Source of the DNA: Antedon mediterranea
Taxonomy: Eukaryota > Animalia > Echinodermata
Direction of reading: 5' to 3'
Assembly: GCF_964355755.1 (NCBI RefSeq)
Contig: NC_092674.1
Span: 31,062,001 to 31,126,000 of the forward strand
Length of the DNA stretch: 64,000 bases
This document shows positions 51,966 through 64,000 of the stretch, one piece after another; the stretch's first letter is position 1; every line of letters begins with the position of its first letter. The position numbers and the translations under genes were made by a program. Below the pieces are notes generated by a model that was not told where the DNA came from, ran no database searches, and was given only the letters and a program-made list of their open reading frames with translations.

Positions 51966-54900
51966 ATATTAAAATTCATTGGTATAAAATCAAATCCAGT
52001 AGAAAATAGACTAAAAGTAGCTAGAATATGATTTGTGTAACTAAGTATAGGTCTGCTGTCATATTACTATAAATACACATTTTAAAGACAAAATAGTGTG
52101 TATAGACTTTCTGGAAACTAGACACTCAAAATGGTTATCTAGAAATAAATACTGTATATTATTGATGTAGTCCAGATAACATCACACTGTTAGATATATA
52201 GAACTGTCAGACTCACACCAATTCCCTTACTGTTTCAGGTCAGACTAAAAATTCCAATGTCAAATTATTATTTTCCTTAAATTTAGCAGAAATTGGTTAA
52301 TATGACCTCCCGATGTGCTGGAAAAATAAAACGAGGTTGAGAGCGTGGAAATATAAATCTCTTTTATGCAAGTTGAATTAACAATCCTTTCAGAAAATAA
52401 ATGAGTTATGCTAGTTGCATTGAAATGAAAGTGAGGTTTTGTTTGTAGGTTGTTTTAATAGGGTAATGAGGCTAAATTTACTTACAAAAATGGCTGGATG
52501 TAATTACCTAAATGTATCCAATAAGCATAATATATACAGTAAGGGCATAATTAATTTGAAAATCTAGTTAGGTCTAGTTAAGTATTATATGTCTGATAAT
52601 TAAAGTAAAGATTAATTATTAATTTTCAGGCAGTAACTTACATTTTTTGCCTTTATGAACAATCTGCCATTCAAATTAATTATTTCTTAGTATTTTAATC
52701 GACCTAAATCATTCCTGAGTGTTTTTAATCTCTTTTCAATGTAAAATGTTCCATTTTGCAAATTCTAGATAAAAAGTTAACCAAAAGCTGAAGAATATTA
52801 TTCAGCGAGAAGCAATCAAAACCCAGTATCCAAATGGGGATGTAGTGTAAATAGCAACGCTGAATTACTACAGGATATTGGGCCACAGTGTAAATATCAA
52901 AGTTTAAGCATGGCTTTCAGTGCAAATAGCACAACAAGGTAGACATTGAAAGGCTAAGTAGCCCCGTGTATAATTTGATAATAGTTGTAATTATTGGTAA
53001 AATCTAGAGTTATAATACAAACTACATACATTAGTTTGGCAGAAGATTGTTCAAAAGATATAATAAGTTGGACACAGGGCAGCTGCAACAGAAATTAAAC
53101 AAAGAAAGTAAATGGCATTCAATTTTTCATAAATATTATATTCCTTACAAATGAGCAAAGGGTTAAATAGCTGTGTTGCTATAAAGTAAAGTACAGCAAC
53201 AGTATTATTTATAGTTTATCATAGATAGTTCTACAGTGGATTATCTGTGTTATCTTTTAATTTGATGTATTTTTAGTATAGTGTTCCCATCTTTATAGGA
53301 ACAAACATAGTTTTGTCTGAAGACTTTAAATTAAAGACACACTATGATATTTTCAATTTATGGTGTATTTTACTAATGAGACCTAGAGCATATAAATAGT
53401 ACTTCTTTACACCAGAGATAACTGATAGTTTATGCTAAATTAATGGCTTCTAGAGTTGAGGCATAGCATAAAGTATCTGTGGTAAATCCCATCTGCTTAG
53501 CTAGCATTTTACCAGCCAGCTGAGAGGTGTAATTGTCTGTGATATGGTGATTAAGCACCCAGAAAATGTTCCTATTGATTGTTCCCTATATCCATATTGA
53601 TCGTTGAAACCAATTTTGTACTTTGTAACAATGTGTATCTCTACATATTATCAAGAGCTTTCCATATCAACTACAGTATGCCACTGGACTAGATAGCCAT
53701 TGACTTTTAATTTTTCAAAAATGGTCCCATAAATTAATACACAGATTTTTCCTTTTGTTGTTCTTTATAGCTGGTAATCTTTTCAACAAAACATTACAGT
53801 AAAATATTCATAAAATATAATCATTGTTGGGTTTGTTTATAAAACAATTCTGATGGTAGAAAATTAAATTTAATGCAAATTAATTTTATCACAAAAATAC
53901 AAAGTCTTTCATGTTATATGATAATTACCTCCGAGCCATCTAATTCTATCCTTGTTTACAAGATCACATGTATATGGGAAAGAAGGGCCCTTTTGTTGCT
54001 TAAATCCCCATAGGGTTCTCAAGTGTTGAGGTATACTAGGCTAAGAAAACATTGCTAAGGGACAAATAGACGATAATTGGCTTATCAAACAACCACTTAT
54101 AAATGTACCCCTTCACAATGGTGTATTCAGTTGAGCTGGTACAACCCTTGTAGTATTAGTATTTAGTAGATGTTTGTGAAGCGTTGAATATCCTGTTTTT
54201 GTCAGTATGTATTAGCCAAGATAAACTAACCTAAAATATTTACAATATTGTTGTTGTACTTGTCTATTTTCAATTTCTTTTTTATTGATCATATAATTCA
54301 AAAATAGTTTTTGGCTAATCAAACAACCTATCTATGATATGTATTTTAAAGAGCAACATGGTACCGTATCTTAAATATTATTAGTTAATTGTTTGTCTAT
54401 AGTAGGTAATTATATTCTAATTTTGATCAAGCAATAAACGTTCATTTAATTTAAATTAGGACATCAGCCTAATTTCTCTTGAATGTTCATTCTAGAGCAC
54501 AAGTGTTAAATTACACGCCAATACTCGACATCTTAAATGTCAATTCTCTTCAACATTGGATCGTTTGCCAAACCGATGTAATGAAGAAAATAAGACTTCA
54601 TTTAGTTATCGGATGGCAAACGCTAAATTAGAAATCTTCAAGTAAAATTAAAAGGAAACTGGAGCCACAATATTTAATTGAGTTCCTCTTGGTTGCCTTG
54701 GAGCAGTTCACAAGGGTAAAACATACAGTTTTAGGAGTAATTAAATAACCCTTCTACGTATTTCAGGTGTGGATCCAAACAATGTCCCATAGTAGAGGCG
54801 TAGGGAGGGGCGTAGGTTTTAATTAATTAAATTCGATGAAAATTGCAGGCTAAACAAATCAATTGATACAGTGTGTAGTTCATTGATCTAAAATTGGTTT

Positions 54901-55036
54901 GGTCGTAAACAATGCAAGGTTTTATTGACAACATTTAATACGGGCCTATAGTGTGTTTTGACGTCAAAACAATTACATGTTCTCCAGATAGAATATTTGT
55001 GTCATTGTAGACATTTCAAAAGTAAAGTGGTCTTAC

Positions 55037-57847
55037 CTCAGCGTCAGCTTCATGCGTGTTTCTTGTAGATGCCAGAGATGGGTTACTACCAGTATTCAAA
55101 TCAGAGTTGCTGCTAAACGTCATCATCTGCTTGTTTCCAAGTCTTGTATCTGGAGAGTGCATTTTCCATTTCATGATGTTCTTTGATTGAGCATAAGATG
55201 ACGGGTTCGTCTCGTGTGCTGCCGATACGGTAATCTGACTATTTGGGTGTTTTTTGCAGCCGTCTATGTCAGCGACCTTGCCGGCCTGGAAAAGTTCTTC
55301 TTCCTTTGGTACTTTATAGGTGTGTTCCATCTTGTCCTTCTTATGACATCTTGCTAACAATACGCAAAATATGATGAACAGGATGACCGCAACACCAGCC
55401 AGTGCTATCACCACTATAAATGGCCAGCTTGCTTCGTCGCCATTGTTGTGTGTTAAAGCTCGGTAATGCTTCACTGTCAGGTTGAATCTTTCTAAGAAAG
55501 GTGCTGGCCCAAGCGGTTCGCTGAAATCTTTGTTCGCAACTACTATCGTTAACGTTGTAGCACTAGATTTCTTTTCAACGTTTGCTTTGTCGGAAACGTT
55601 TATCTTTAAATCGTACACTCCTTCCCAGTCTTTTGAAAGACGTTGTTTCGTCATAACTGTACCGTTACTCAATATCTGAAATGCGTCGTACTTGTCACCG
55701 CCTTTAATGGAATATTCTATCACGCCGTTCCTTCCGTCATCTGGATCGACGGCAGTGACGTCGACAATCCAGAAGTTAGAAGAAGCTGCTGATGGAATAA
55801 AGAACGTGCGATTGGTTGATGTTGGGTAAATGACCGTTGGAGCATTGTCATTGATATCTCGAATGATGATGTCAGCAGATACGCTACTCGTCTTAGCGGG
55901 AATACCAGAATCACTTACTACAATTGTAAGTTTGTACTTCCTGGAACGCTCACGATCAAAGGAACGTTTACTATAAATTCGTCCTGTTCTTTCCCTAATA
56001 GTAAAGTCATCACTCGAACCAGATAATGAGTATTTCAATTCTCCATTTACTCCTATATCTTCGTCAGTCGCTGTAACCTCACCAATAAATGTATCTACGT
56101 CCTTGTTTTCATCAATCTCAAAACTGTAGCTGCTTGAAAGAAAATATGGTGTTTTGTCGTTCTTATCGATAATTACAACTTCGACAACTGTTTTGTTGCA
56201 AAGTTGAGGCTGTCCTTTGTCGCAAGCTATTACGTAGAAATCAAGAGATGCCGAAGACTCTCTGTCGATTGACATTAAAGCCGTGATCTCTCCACTTACA
56301 GGATCAATCTGAAAGTAGCCATCAGCTTCTTCCAGCGAATAAATGATTTCAGAATTCAAACCTTCGTCTTCATCAATTGCAAGTACCGTTTCTACACTGT
56401 ATCCGGGTTCATTATGCTCTGGCATCATAAACTTATATTCTGGACTTGTGAAATATGGCGTCTGGTCGTTATCATCCCTTACAATTATCATCACTTGAAC
56501 TACAGTTGTTTTCCTGTCTTCAGCTTTCTTGGCCTTGTCTGTAGCATTGATAGTTATGTTATATTCAGGTATTTTTTCTCGATCAATTCCAGACCCTGTT
56601 GTAAATTGAAACTCGTTAGGGGCAGAAGGATCTTGAGCAATCAAATTAAAATGGCCGTATGTCCCTTGAAAGCTAATGTCAAATTTACCATTGTTGCCAC
56701 TGTCAGCGTCCGATGCCACTAACAGACCTATAAAGACCCCCGGCCCGATTGATTCGTCTATAGTGATCACGTTATCGACCCGTTCAATTCCAGAATAACT
56801 AATCGAAATTATTGGTGGATTGTCATTGACATCTGTAATATCGATTGTTACTGTAGTGAACCCAGGAATAGAATTATCTCCTTTATCTTTGGCCTGGATG
56901 ATCATTACAAAGATGTCATTACTCTCGTGGTCTAGATTCGCAATTGTCCGCAGTATACCCTGCACTGGGTCTACCTCAAAGTGTTGACGCACAATACTGG
57001 TCACACTTTTGCCAAACGTGTATTCAATTTCAGAATTCAAGCCTCGTTCGTCGATATCTTCTGCATGCAGGTTGAGAATCTCGTAGCCGATCAACACATC
57101 CTCCGGCACTGCTTTTCTGTACTCTGCTTCCGTAAATACGGGCGAGTTGTCGTTAGCGTCGTTGATGATCAAATCAACAGTGGCGGTTCCTTCTCTTTTG
57201 GGGTTACCATCATCACTCGCCCGAAGAACTAAAGTGTATCGATCTCTATTTTCTCTATCTAGAGGTCGCATGATTACAAGATGGATCGTTTTGGCTCCAT
57301 CTACAGTATCCGTAACAATAATCCGAAACATTTCGTTAAATGTATCGTCAAGTGTATAGTTGTGGATACCATTAACCCCAACGTCAGCGTCGACAGCACT
57401 CTCCATTGGAATAGCTGTACCAATAGAAGCTGATTCAGAAACCTCTAGTTGGTACCTCGTCTCCGGGAATACTGGTTCATTGTCATTGGTATCATTCAAA
57501 TTAATAGTCACTCGGACAACAGTAGAACCGGAGTCCAATATAAGTATTCGAATTTCATATTGGCAGACATCAACGAGATTTTCGCTACACATACCAACCT
57601 CTCTATCTATGACTTCTGTTGTTAAAAGGTCTCCATCATTAGTTATCTCAAACGGCACTTCATTATCACCAAGGACACTAAATTCTGCGGACGAACTGAC
57701 CACAAGACCTGCATCGTCTACAATATCGCCTACTATATACCCAATAGGTTGTTCTTCAAAAAGGTCGTAAACTATTTTTTGGGCGTTTGATGAATTACAA
57801 AATAGAAATATAAATATGTAGAAAGCTACTGGTATCATTTTCGCCAT
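55037..57847 (-). CDS. Delta-type (delta-1-like, 7 EC) protocadherin, coding exon 1: signal peptide, EC1-EC7, transmembrane helix, proximal cytoplasmic tail
   Basis: 943-aa ORF with hydrophobic N-terminus. Six DxNDN/DxNDx-P linkers (DTNDNEP, DANDNSP, DVNDNPP, DDNDQTP, DKNDKTP, DINDNAP) plus DRE/AxDxG motifs give 7 repeats. EC1 has the Cys pair DREVGMC-x7-C. TM is WPFIVVIALAGVAVILFIIFCVLLA. Donor GAG|GTAAGA at 55037/55036 (phase 0). An acceptor TTTTTTCAG at 57903 lies upstream of the ATG. An ectodomain in one large exon is typical of protocadherins. Confidence 0.96.
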
Positions 57848-57902
57848 TTTACCTCTTCTTGCCAGAGAAGCGTTTGCTATGACAATTCGATCATCAAAGT
57901 AT
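57848..57902 (-). other. 5' UTR part of the large protocadherin exon (implies an upstream non-coding exon)
   Basis: Polypyrimidine tract plus CAG (TTCGTTTTATTTTTTCAG) ends at 57903, 55 nt before the ATG. Confidence 0.6.
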
Positions 57903-58724
57903 CTGAAAAAATAAAACGAAAGTTGTTATTAGTCCATAAACCGGTTTAAAATATGTATATATACTGTATATACTGTACAGTAGTAAACAGTGAAAAGATA
58001 CATTAAATTATAAATGTTATTCTTCGTATGGAGTAAACAAAAAATGCAACCTTGCTGTCTTATATGTCAACCTGTATAGATAGGCTACAATCGTCACTTT
58101 GATCAGTTAATCAGAATTTACAGATTCAGAAATACGACCTTGTCACTTATGGATAGATAGTACAATACAGTATTAGTAGTATATAATTACATAGGCCTAC
58201 TACAGCTGCTGCAGCAGTGCTCGCTTACCCCTGCTGATGGGGAAACACACGGGTCCTACATTACAATAAATTGATGACCTATAGGCCTACCGCGGCGGTG
58301 GTTTTACGTTTGTTTCTTTATGCGTGCGCGCGCGTGTACAGTGCGTATAAACACTGTTCTTTAGGTAAATGAGACTTATTGACTTTTGTATACTACTTTA
58401 TATTTCGTTTCTTTGAATATGGTAAGCTCGGTAACATTTTTGATTGCGTTAATATTGTCTTATGTGGTGGTTTGGATCGTCGGTACTTTCACCAGGTACG
58501 TATCCTTGTTTAATGCCCTCTGTTTCGAGAACAAAGCAACTGATGACCTACTTGGGCTTAGTTTAGCTTTTACCTTGATAACTTTGTTAAGTTACCCAAG
58601 AAACAGGAAAGCAGTTATTCCATCTTTCCTGTATACCTCATATGCTATATCTATTATGTCTAGCGGGGTGATTTACCTGTGTTGTTTGTTCTGTAACGAA
58701 TACAAACTAATCTAGAAGTGTGTT

Positions 58725-58869
58725 TCGACGCAGCGCAATGACGTACACGCAAAGCAATTACTTTGACCAATCACAAGCGATGGATTATCCGAACTGTTGC
58801 TTGTCATTGGTCAACTCGCATGCGTTCCGCTTATGTCCTTTGGTTGGGTCCTAAGTTTGAACCAAGCTT
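58725..58869 (-). mobile_element. MITE family B, diverged copy
   Basis: TTGACCAATCACAAGCGATGGATTATCCGAACTGTTG..ATTGGTCAAC is the reverse complement of the family B interior. It ends GAACCAAGCTT. Confidence 0.7.
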
Positions 58870-60279
58870 CTAACACTTTAAGGTGTAACCATATTGTCTT
58901 GTTGTCGTGTGTGATTCGCGTGTGGTTTTTTAATTTTTCCTATCAACGAACGATTGTTTTATAAACAGAATATACTACAGTAACCGAAAGTGGTTTACAA
59001 ACATACAGATTTCATAGTTACCTGTATTTTGTTACCTAGATAATAAATGCAGATTATCCATAATTTAACGTTTACTTTGAAAGTTGGTTGAGGAAATAAA
59101 ACAAAAAAATAATCACATTTTTTAGCGTATTTGTTTAAATATTAAAATAATTTTTTCCTTCTGATAATGTAAATCTTTTTTTTTTCAATTAAATTTATTG
59201 GAACAAACAAAAATTATTAATGTTTGGGTTTAATATTATGTATTATTAATAATGTTTTTATGAATTATAAAGCATTTTTATTTGCTGTGATATGAAAAAT
59301 AATTTTTTATCTGTTGAATTTATTTGAACCAGATGTTTTTAGAATAAATAATTTCTTTATTTTGTAAATATTTATATTTTATTACCTGTACAGTATTTAA
59401 TTATTATTTACTAAGAAAATATACCTGTGTCAAGACGGGTGGCGTCATTTTTGCCAGCATGTTTTTAGATCTAACAGATTATTTTTTAATTTAAAAAATA
59501 AATTAAAAAACATACCACCGTCCTATTTCCATTATTCTCATACCCCATATGTGTATACAGTACTACTGTATACAATAGAAACAACTTTTAAGTTTCTTGT
59601 GAACTTTTTTCAATCAATCATAATATTTTTTTAGTCATAATTAATAATGATAACCATGATAACGTGTAGTACAGGGATTTTTACCAAAACATTTTATTAT
59701 AAAATATGCAGTGATGAACATGAAATGCTCTGATGAACATTATTTTAAATGTTTGTGATTTAATTTAATTTACACAGTACATACAGATAAATAATAGTCA
59801 TAATAATGTACTTATACAGGATTTTTACAAAATACAAAACATATTAGAAAATATATTATTTACAGTGATACACATTAAATGGTCTGATGTACTGTACATT
59901 AAGATTAAGTGTTTGTGATTTGTTGATAATTTCTAGTTTCGATTTGAATGTTAGAGTTAAACCAATTTATGAATCTGTTCACCTTTTTTAAGTTGTCGAA
60001 CTATTATTTATGTCGATGTCGAAAATCAAAGAGCATATGATATCGAAGTCGGTGCCATGTATTTGCTTTTCTAACGCCAATGCATATTATGACGTAATGT
60101 TGTTGGACAGCGTGAGAAATGATAGTTGTGAAATTAGTCCAAATTATTTTAAAATGTGTGGTGTAATTGCATCTTTCGATGTATCGGACAAGTTACATGA
60201 CTAAAACATATGTACTATAATATGTAAGAATTAAAACAAGGACAACATTCACTAGGACGTCATCTGTGTATTCTGTGTG

Positions 60280-60390
60280 AAGCCTGGTTTTACTACACTC
60301 CTAGAGACGCAAGAACGTATACGCATTGACCAATGAAATGCGGCAGTTGCATATCCTATCGCCTGTGATTGCGTTACGCCCTTGCGCGCG
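60280..60390 (+). mobile_element. MITE family B, old diverged copy
   Basis: AAGCCTGGTTT..CTAG..ACGCAAG..TTGACCAAT..CAGTT..TATCGCCTGTGATTG..CTTGCG is colinear with 22954-23090. Confidence 0.55.
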
Positions 60391-62700
60391 TATATGGTAA
60401 CTAGGTAACTACGGCCTCCTTATAATATTGTGCTGATGAAATAATGTATTTATATCCATTGTGCTGTTCGCATCTGGAATCAAGGAGAAAGCAGCCCGTA
60501 ATCAAACTTTGTATTTTCTGTCACGTTTTGTCAAAGTTTTGAGTAATCAACCTTCTGAATGATGGAGTAATGATTCGTAACACATGCAGATTTAACATTA
60601 ATGTTATTCAACAGCAGACTGTATCTTTGCGATGCTGATGCGATAAGAAAATGCGCTTTAAAAACTTAAATCTCGTTCAGACCTCCTCGTACGTCGTCTG
60701 GTTAATCGTCATATTTTTTCGATTTATACTGTAAATGGTCGTTTTGACTTGGATCGACGTGGCTGTTGCTTATTACACTAAACACCTCATCTTCTCTCCT
60801 GATTCGTATTCAAAATCTAATATATATTATTAGCAAGTTAACGTTCATGAAAATTACAACATCCGATTGCGCCGAGAAAAGCAAAAACAGACAGTCCTAT
60901 TTATTACTATTATAGACAAGAGGTGACGATAAAATACAGAACAAACCATAAAATATATAACAAATCATAAAGTAAGAAATGAGATGTTTAAAAACAGAAT
61001 ACACTCGGATGCTGATGTAGAAACATAAAAATCACAGACTACCTTCTCACGTAAAAATGCCATTATTTCAATTTCAATTAATGTTGGACGTCTATAGGGA
61101 GTTGAGTTTTCATTATTTGTCGAAAACTTGTCAAATCAAATCTAACTGTGCAATTAAAACTGAACATGACTGAGAATCTATGAACGGTATCTCAACACCT
61201 AGGAGCAGGCTTCGTCGCTGCTGCTTCCACTTTTCATTATATAATATGAATGGGCTCATCTTTGTATTATTCGAGGGCGCTCTTAGATTACGTTAAAACA
61301 GGACTGTCAACCAGCAACAACCAGTTTTGTGCGCGCGCGTTGTGGTAGATGCGTGTATTTTTGTGTAAAGCGAATTCCACAATTGTTTCTATTGTTAATA
61401 TCGAATTGTAAAAGTATTCGAAATTGTCATACCGGCTACGAGGAGATTATTACAGTATTAATGTACTGTAATAATCTGCATGCACGAGTTAAGAGTACCT
61501 TCACTTAGGACTGTTATACAACAATCGCTCTAAAGGGAACTATACGCCTACCTATTTACCGCCATGCATCATTCGGTTGTTTGTGAAACTGTATCCAGTC
61601 TCTTTGGAATTCCGAGTTGAGTAAATCATGGCGGCAGATCATTATGAAATCTATACAATGCTCCGCGCTCTCCTTATCACCCATATCTAGCTGGAGACGG
61701 AGCTGTCATCTACAGCTAACGTTGTGTGTTTGAAATACTAATATGTGCGCATGCATAATTGAGCAATTGCAAGTAAAAACTAAACGAAATATACATAAAT
61801 GATTGAAAGGATCGACTGAATGAAAAAAGAAAACACAATCGGCAAGACATACAGTATCATGAAACCAAGCACGGCATTTGTGTGGGGTTGGATTAGGGGG
61901 AGGGAAGTGGGTTTGCAGATTGGGCCTACGGTAGTACTGTATACTAAAACAGTGGCTATAGTAATTTTATAACGAGATATAAATTACCTATTTATACATA
62001 CTGTAAAAACAAATATAACTTTGAATTTACATTATACTGTACAGTATGTACAATAACACTATACATAGTAAGCTGTATACACACTCTCTCCGCCTCTAAA
62101 ATGTTTCTGTTGATATTAGAACGAACGTAGTGTTACAGTAATTACAAAAAGAGGTTAATATTGTAATTAAACATGCCTCGTATTAAGTCCACTTGATTGG
62201 TACAACGTGAATACGAGTGTAACCATCAAGTGTATTTATATGCAAACCATTTATCACGACATGTAGAACATTAGTAACGATGTGATCGGGATAATCCACC
62301 TCAAGGACGTTGAGTTTGTGCTCAGATAATGTATTAACCCCAACGTACTGGGCCTTATTGTCATTCATTTAGTCGAGTATTTTATTTAATCGTTTAATAT
62401 TGTAATATTGCACGCCATGTGACCCACAATCGTCCAATCAAATGACAGGCATTTATTTAGGTGTTATTACTATTTTATATTAACCATAAATCATGTAAAA
62501 TCAATAATGCAGGATATTTGTTTCATTTTTATTCGACATCAAAATTGTCATTGGACCCCAAAGCAACAGTCACCATAACATGATATTTCTGGGGCCCAGA
62601 AGAACTACATAGAATTATTTATAAATATGCAATATACATTTAAAATTTAAAAACATATAAAACTGATCTTCTGACTGTACACAGTTCACAGTGATATTAA

Positions 62701-62780
62701 ATAATATTGTAGGCCTATTTACAGTAGTGTATAGATTAGTATAATATTGTAGGCCTATTTACAGTAGTGTATAGATTAGT
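62701..62780. repeat. Exact 40-bp tandem duplication
   Basis: ATAATATTGTAGGCCTATTTACAGTAGTGTATAGATTAGT x2. Confidence 0.92.
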
Positions 62781-64000
62781 AGAAGCATCACAGAACTATA
62801 TAGTAGCTTTGTGCAATTCGCAATATATTTAGAACTATATGGTAATTTCAGTTTTATAATGTTTATTTAGAATTGATAACGAGTCCAAACTGCACGGAAA
62901 CAGACTGATTATTTGCATCGTGATTCGCTCATTAATAATGTGTTTGTACATACTGTACGCTACCATAAATTCATAATTTAAAACATACTGGCCTATCTGA
63001 ATATTAATATTTAGAGATAAATAACATACAGTTAGCTTAGGCTATTTATCAATGAAAGAATGTTTTAAAAACCCCACATTTTCTACAAACGCGTGTCAGT
63101 TATACTGTACAGTATGTGATCGTACGAAATATCACGAAACATTAAAATTCTAAGATATCACAAAAATGCATTATCATATTAATTTGATTTTCTCCGTAGA
63201 AATTCTTTTCTGAAACTAATCAAAGATGAATAGTGTTGAGGAGATAGACAGACATGATGAATAATGCTACATTTCAATGTGTATCCGTTTCCATGACACG
63301 CATGGAAAATTCAATCAAAGAATAAGGGGTTGATGAGACACTGTGACGAAGGAGGCGTCTTTCGAATAACAGACTATCTCTGGGGTGTTTAATTGCAGGG
63401 GATTGTGTTAAGCATTAATAATAATGTTATGGCTTTAAGAATATCAGCTCACAGTGTATTACGGTGCTGTAGTTAAACAATAACATTGAAATAGCATAAT
63501 CTAAGTAAGCAATGCGATTTAACTATATAGACCTATATAGCCTAAACTACAGTAAAGCATTTGTTTTTGTTTTTTTTAAAGAGTGTTTTGCGAAGATTCG
63601 TTCCACAGTTAGGCCTACAAGAAGAAAAGACTTTACTCAAAAAATAAGAAGACGATGTTAATTTAATCAAGGTAACATTTGCAACCTTCCCCTTACATTG
63701 AACTTTGACATTGAACTCTTCCTAACTGTACAGTATTATTTGTGACTGGAAATATATTATTTTACCGCCACTTAAAGGCAAAATAATAACTCAAATTCAA
63801 GCCGACTATATAATACTGTATATTATTCATACAACAATTGTAAATATAGGACACGAACACGTACGTTATACTTATAAATATGTAAATCGATTCGTCTTGT
63901 AGTCGTACATTCGCATTTATATTAATCATAGAATTCTTAATCACATTTTGTGAACATTGCAGAATATTAATTTAATTTGTTTTCATATCCGTTGAACGCT

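Noticed and set aside
55482-57770. Several + strand ORFs and an alternate-frame ORF
   Set aside because: They are shadows of the protocadherin coding exon.
38576-57847. Clustered protocadherin array with multiple variable exons
   Set aside because: Only one ectodomain exon is present, and the 14-kb intron has no further cadherin ORFs.

Overview
This is AT-rich metazoan genomic DNA, not prokaryotic. It is most likely an invertebrate, possibly an echinoderm, though that is inference only. The single well-supported protein-coding gene is a minus-strand, non-clustered delta-type protocadherin. Three coding exons (57847-55037, 40867-40708, 39294-38576) splice in phase via GT-AG sites into a protein of about 1229 aa with a signal peptide, 7 cadherin repeats, one TM segment, CM1 and CM2 motifs, a WIRS-like LSTF and an RVTF. 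The rest is intron or intergenic DNA filled with non-autonomous elements: two AAGCT-ended MITE families, a Harbinger-like MITE, a 1.57-kb Helentron-type element and a LINE/SINE 3' tail with three structured repeats. It also holds tandem arrays, including a 4.9-kb satellite of about 114 x 43 bp. I found no CRISPR, rRNA, tRNA or autonomous transposon, and nothing I can support as a wholly new biological system. The most interesting leads are listed as findings.
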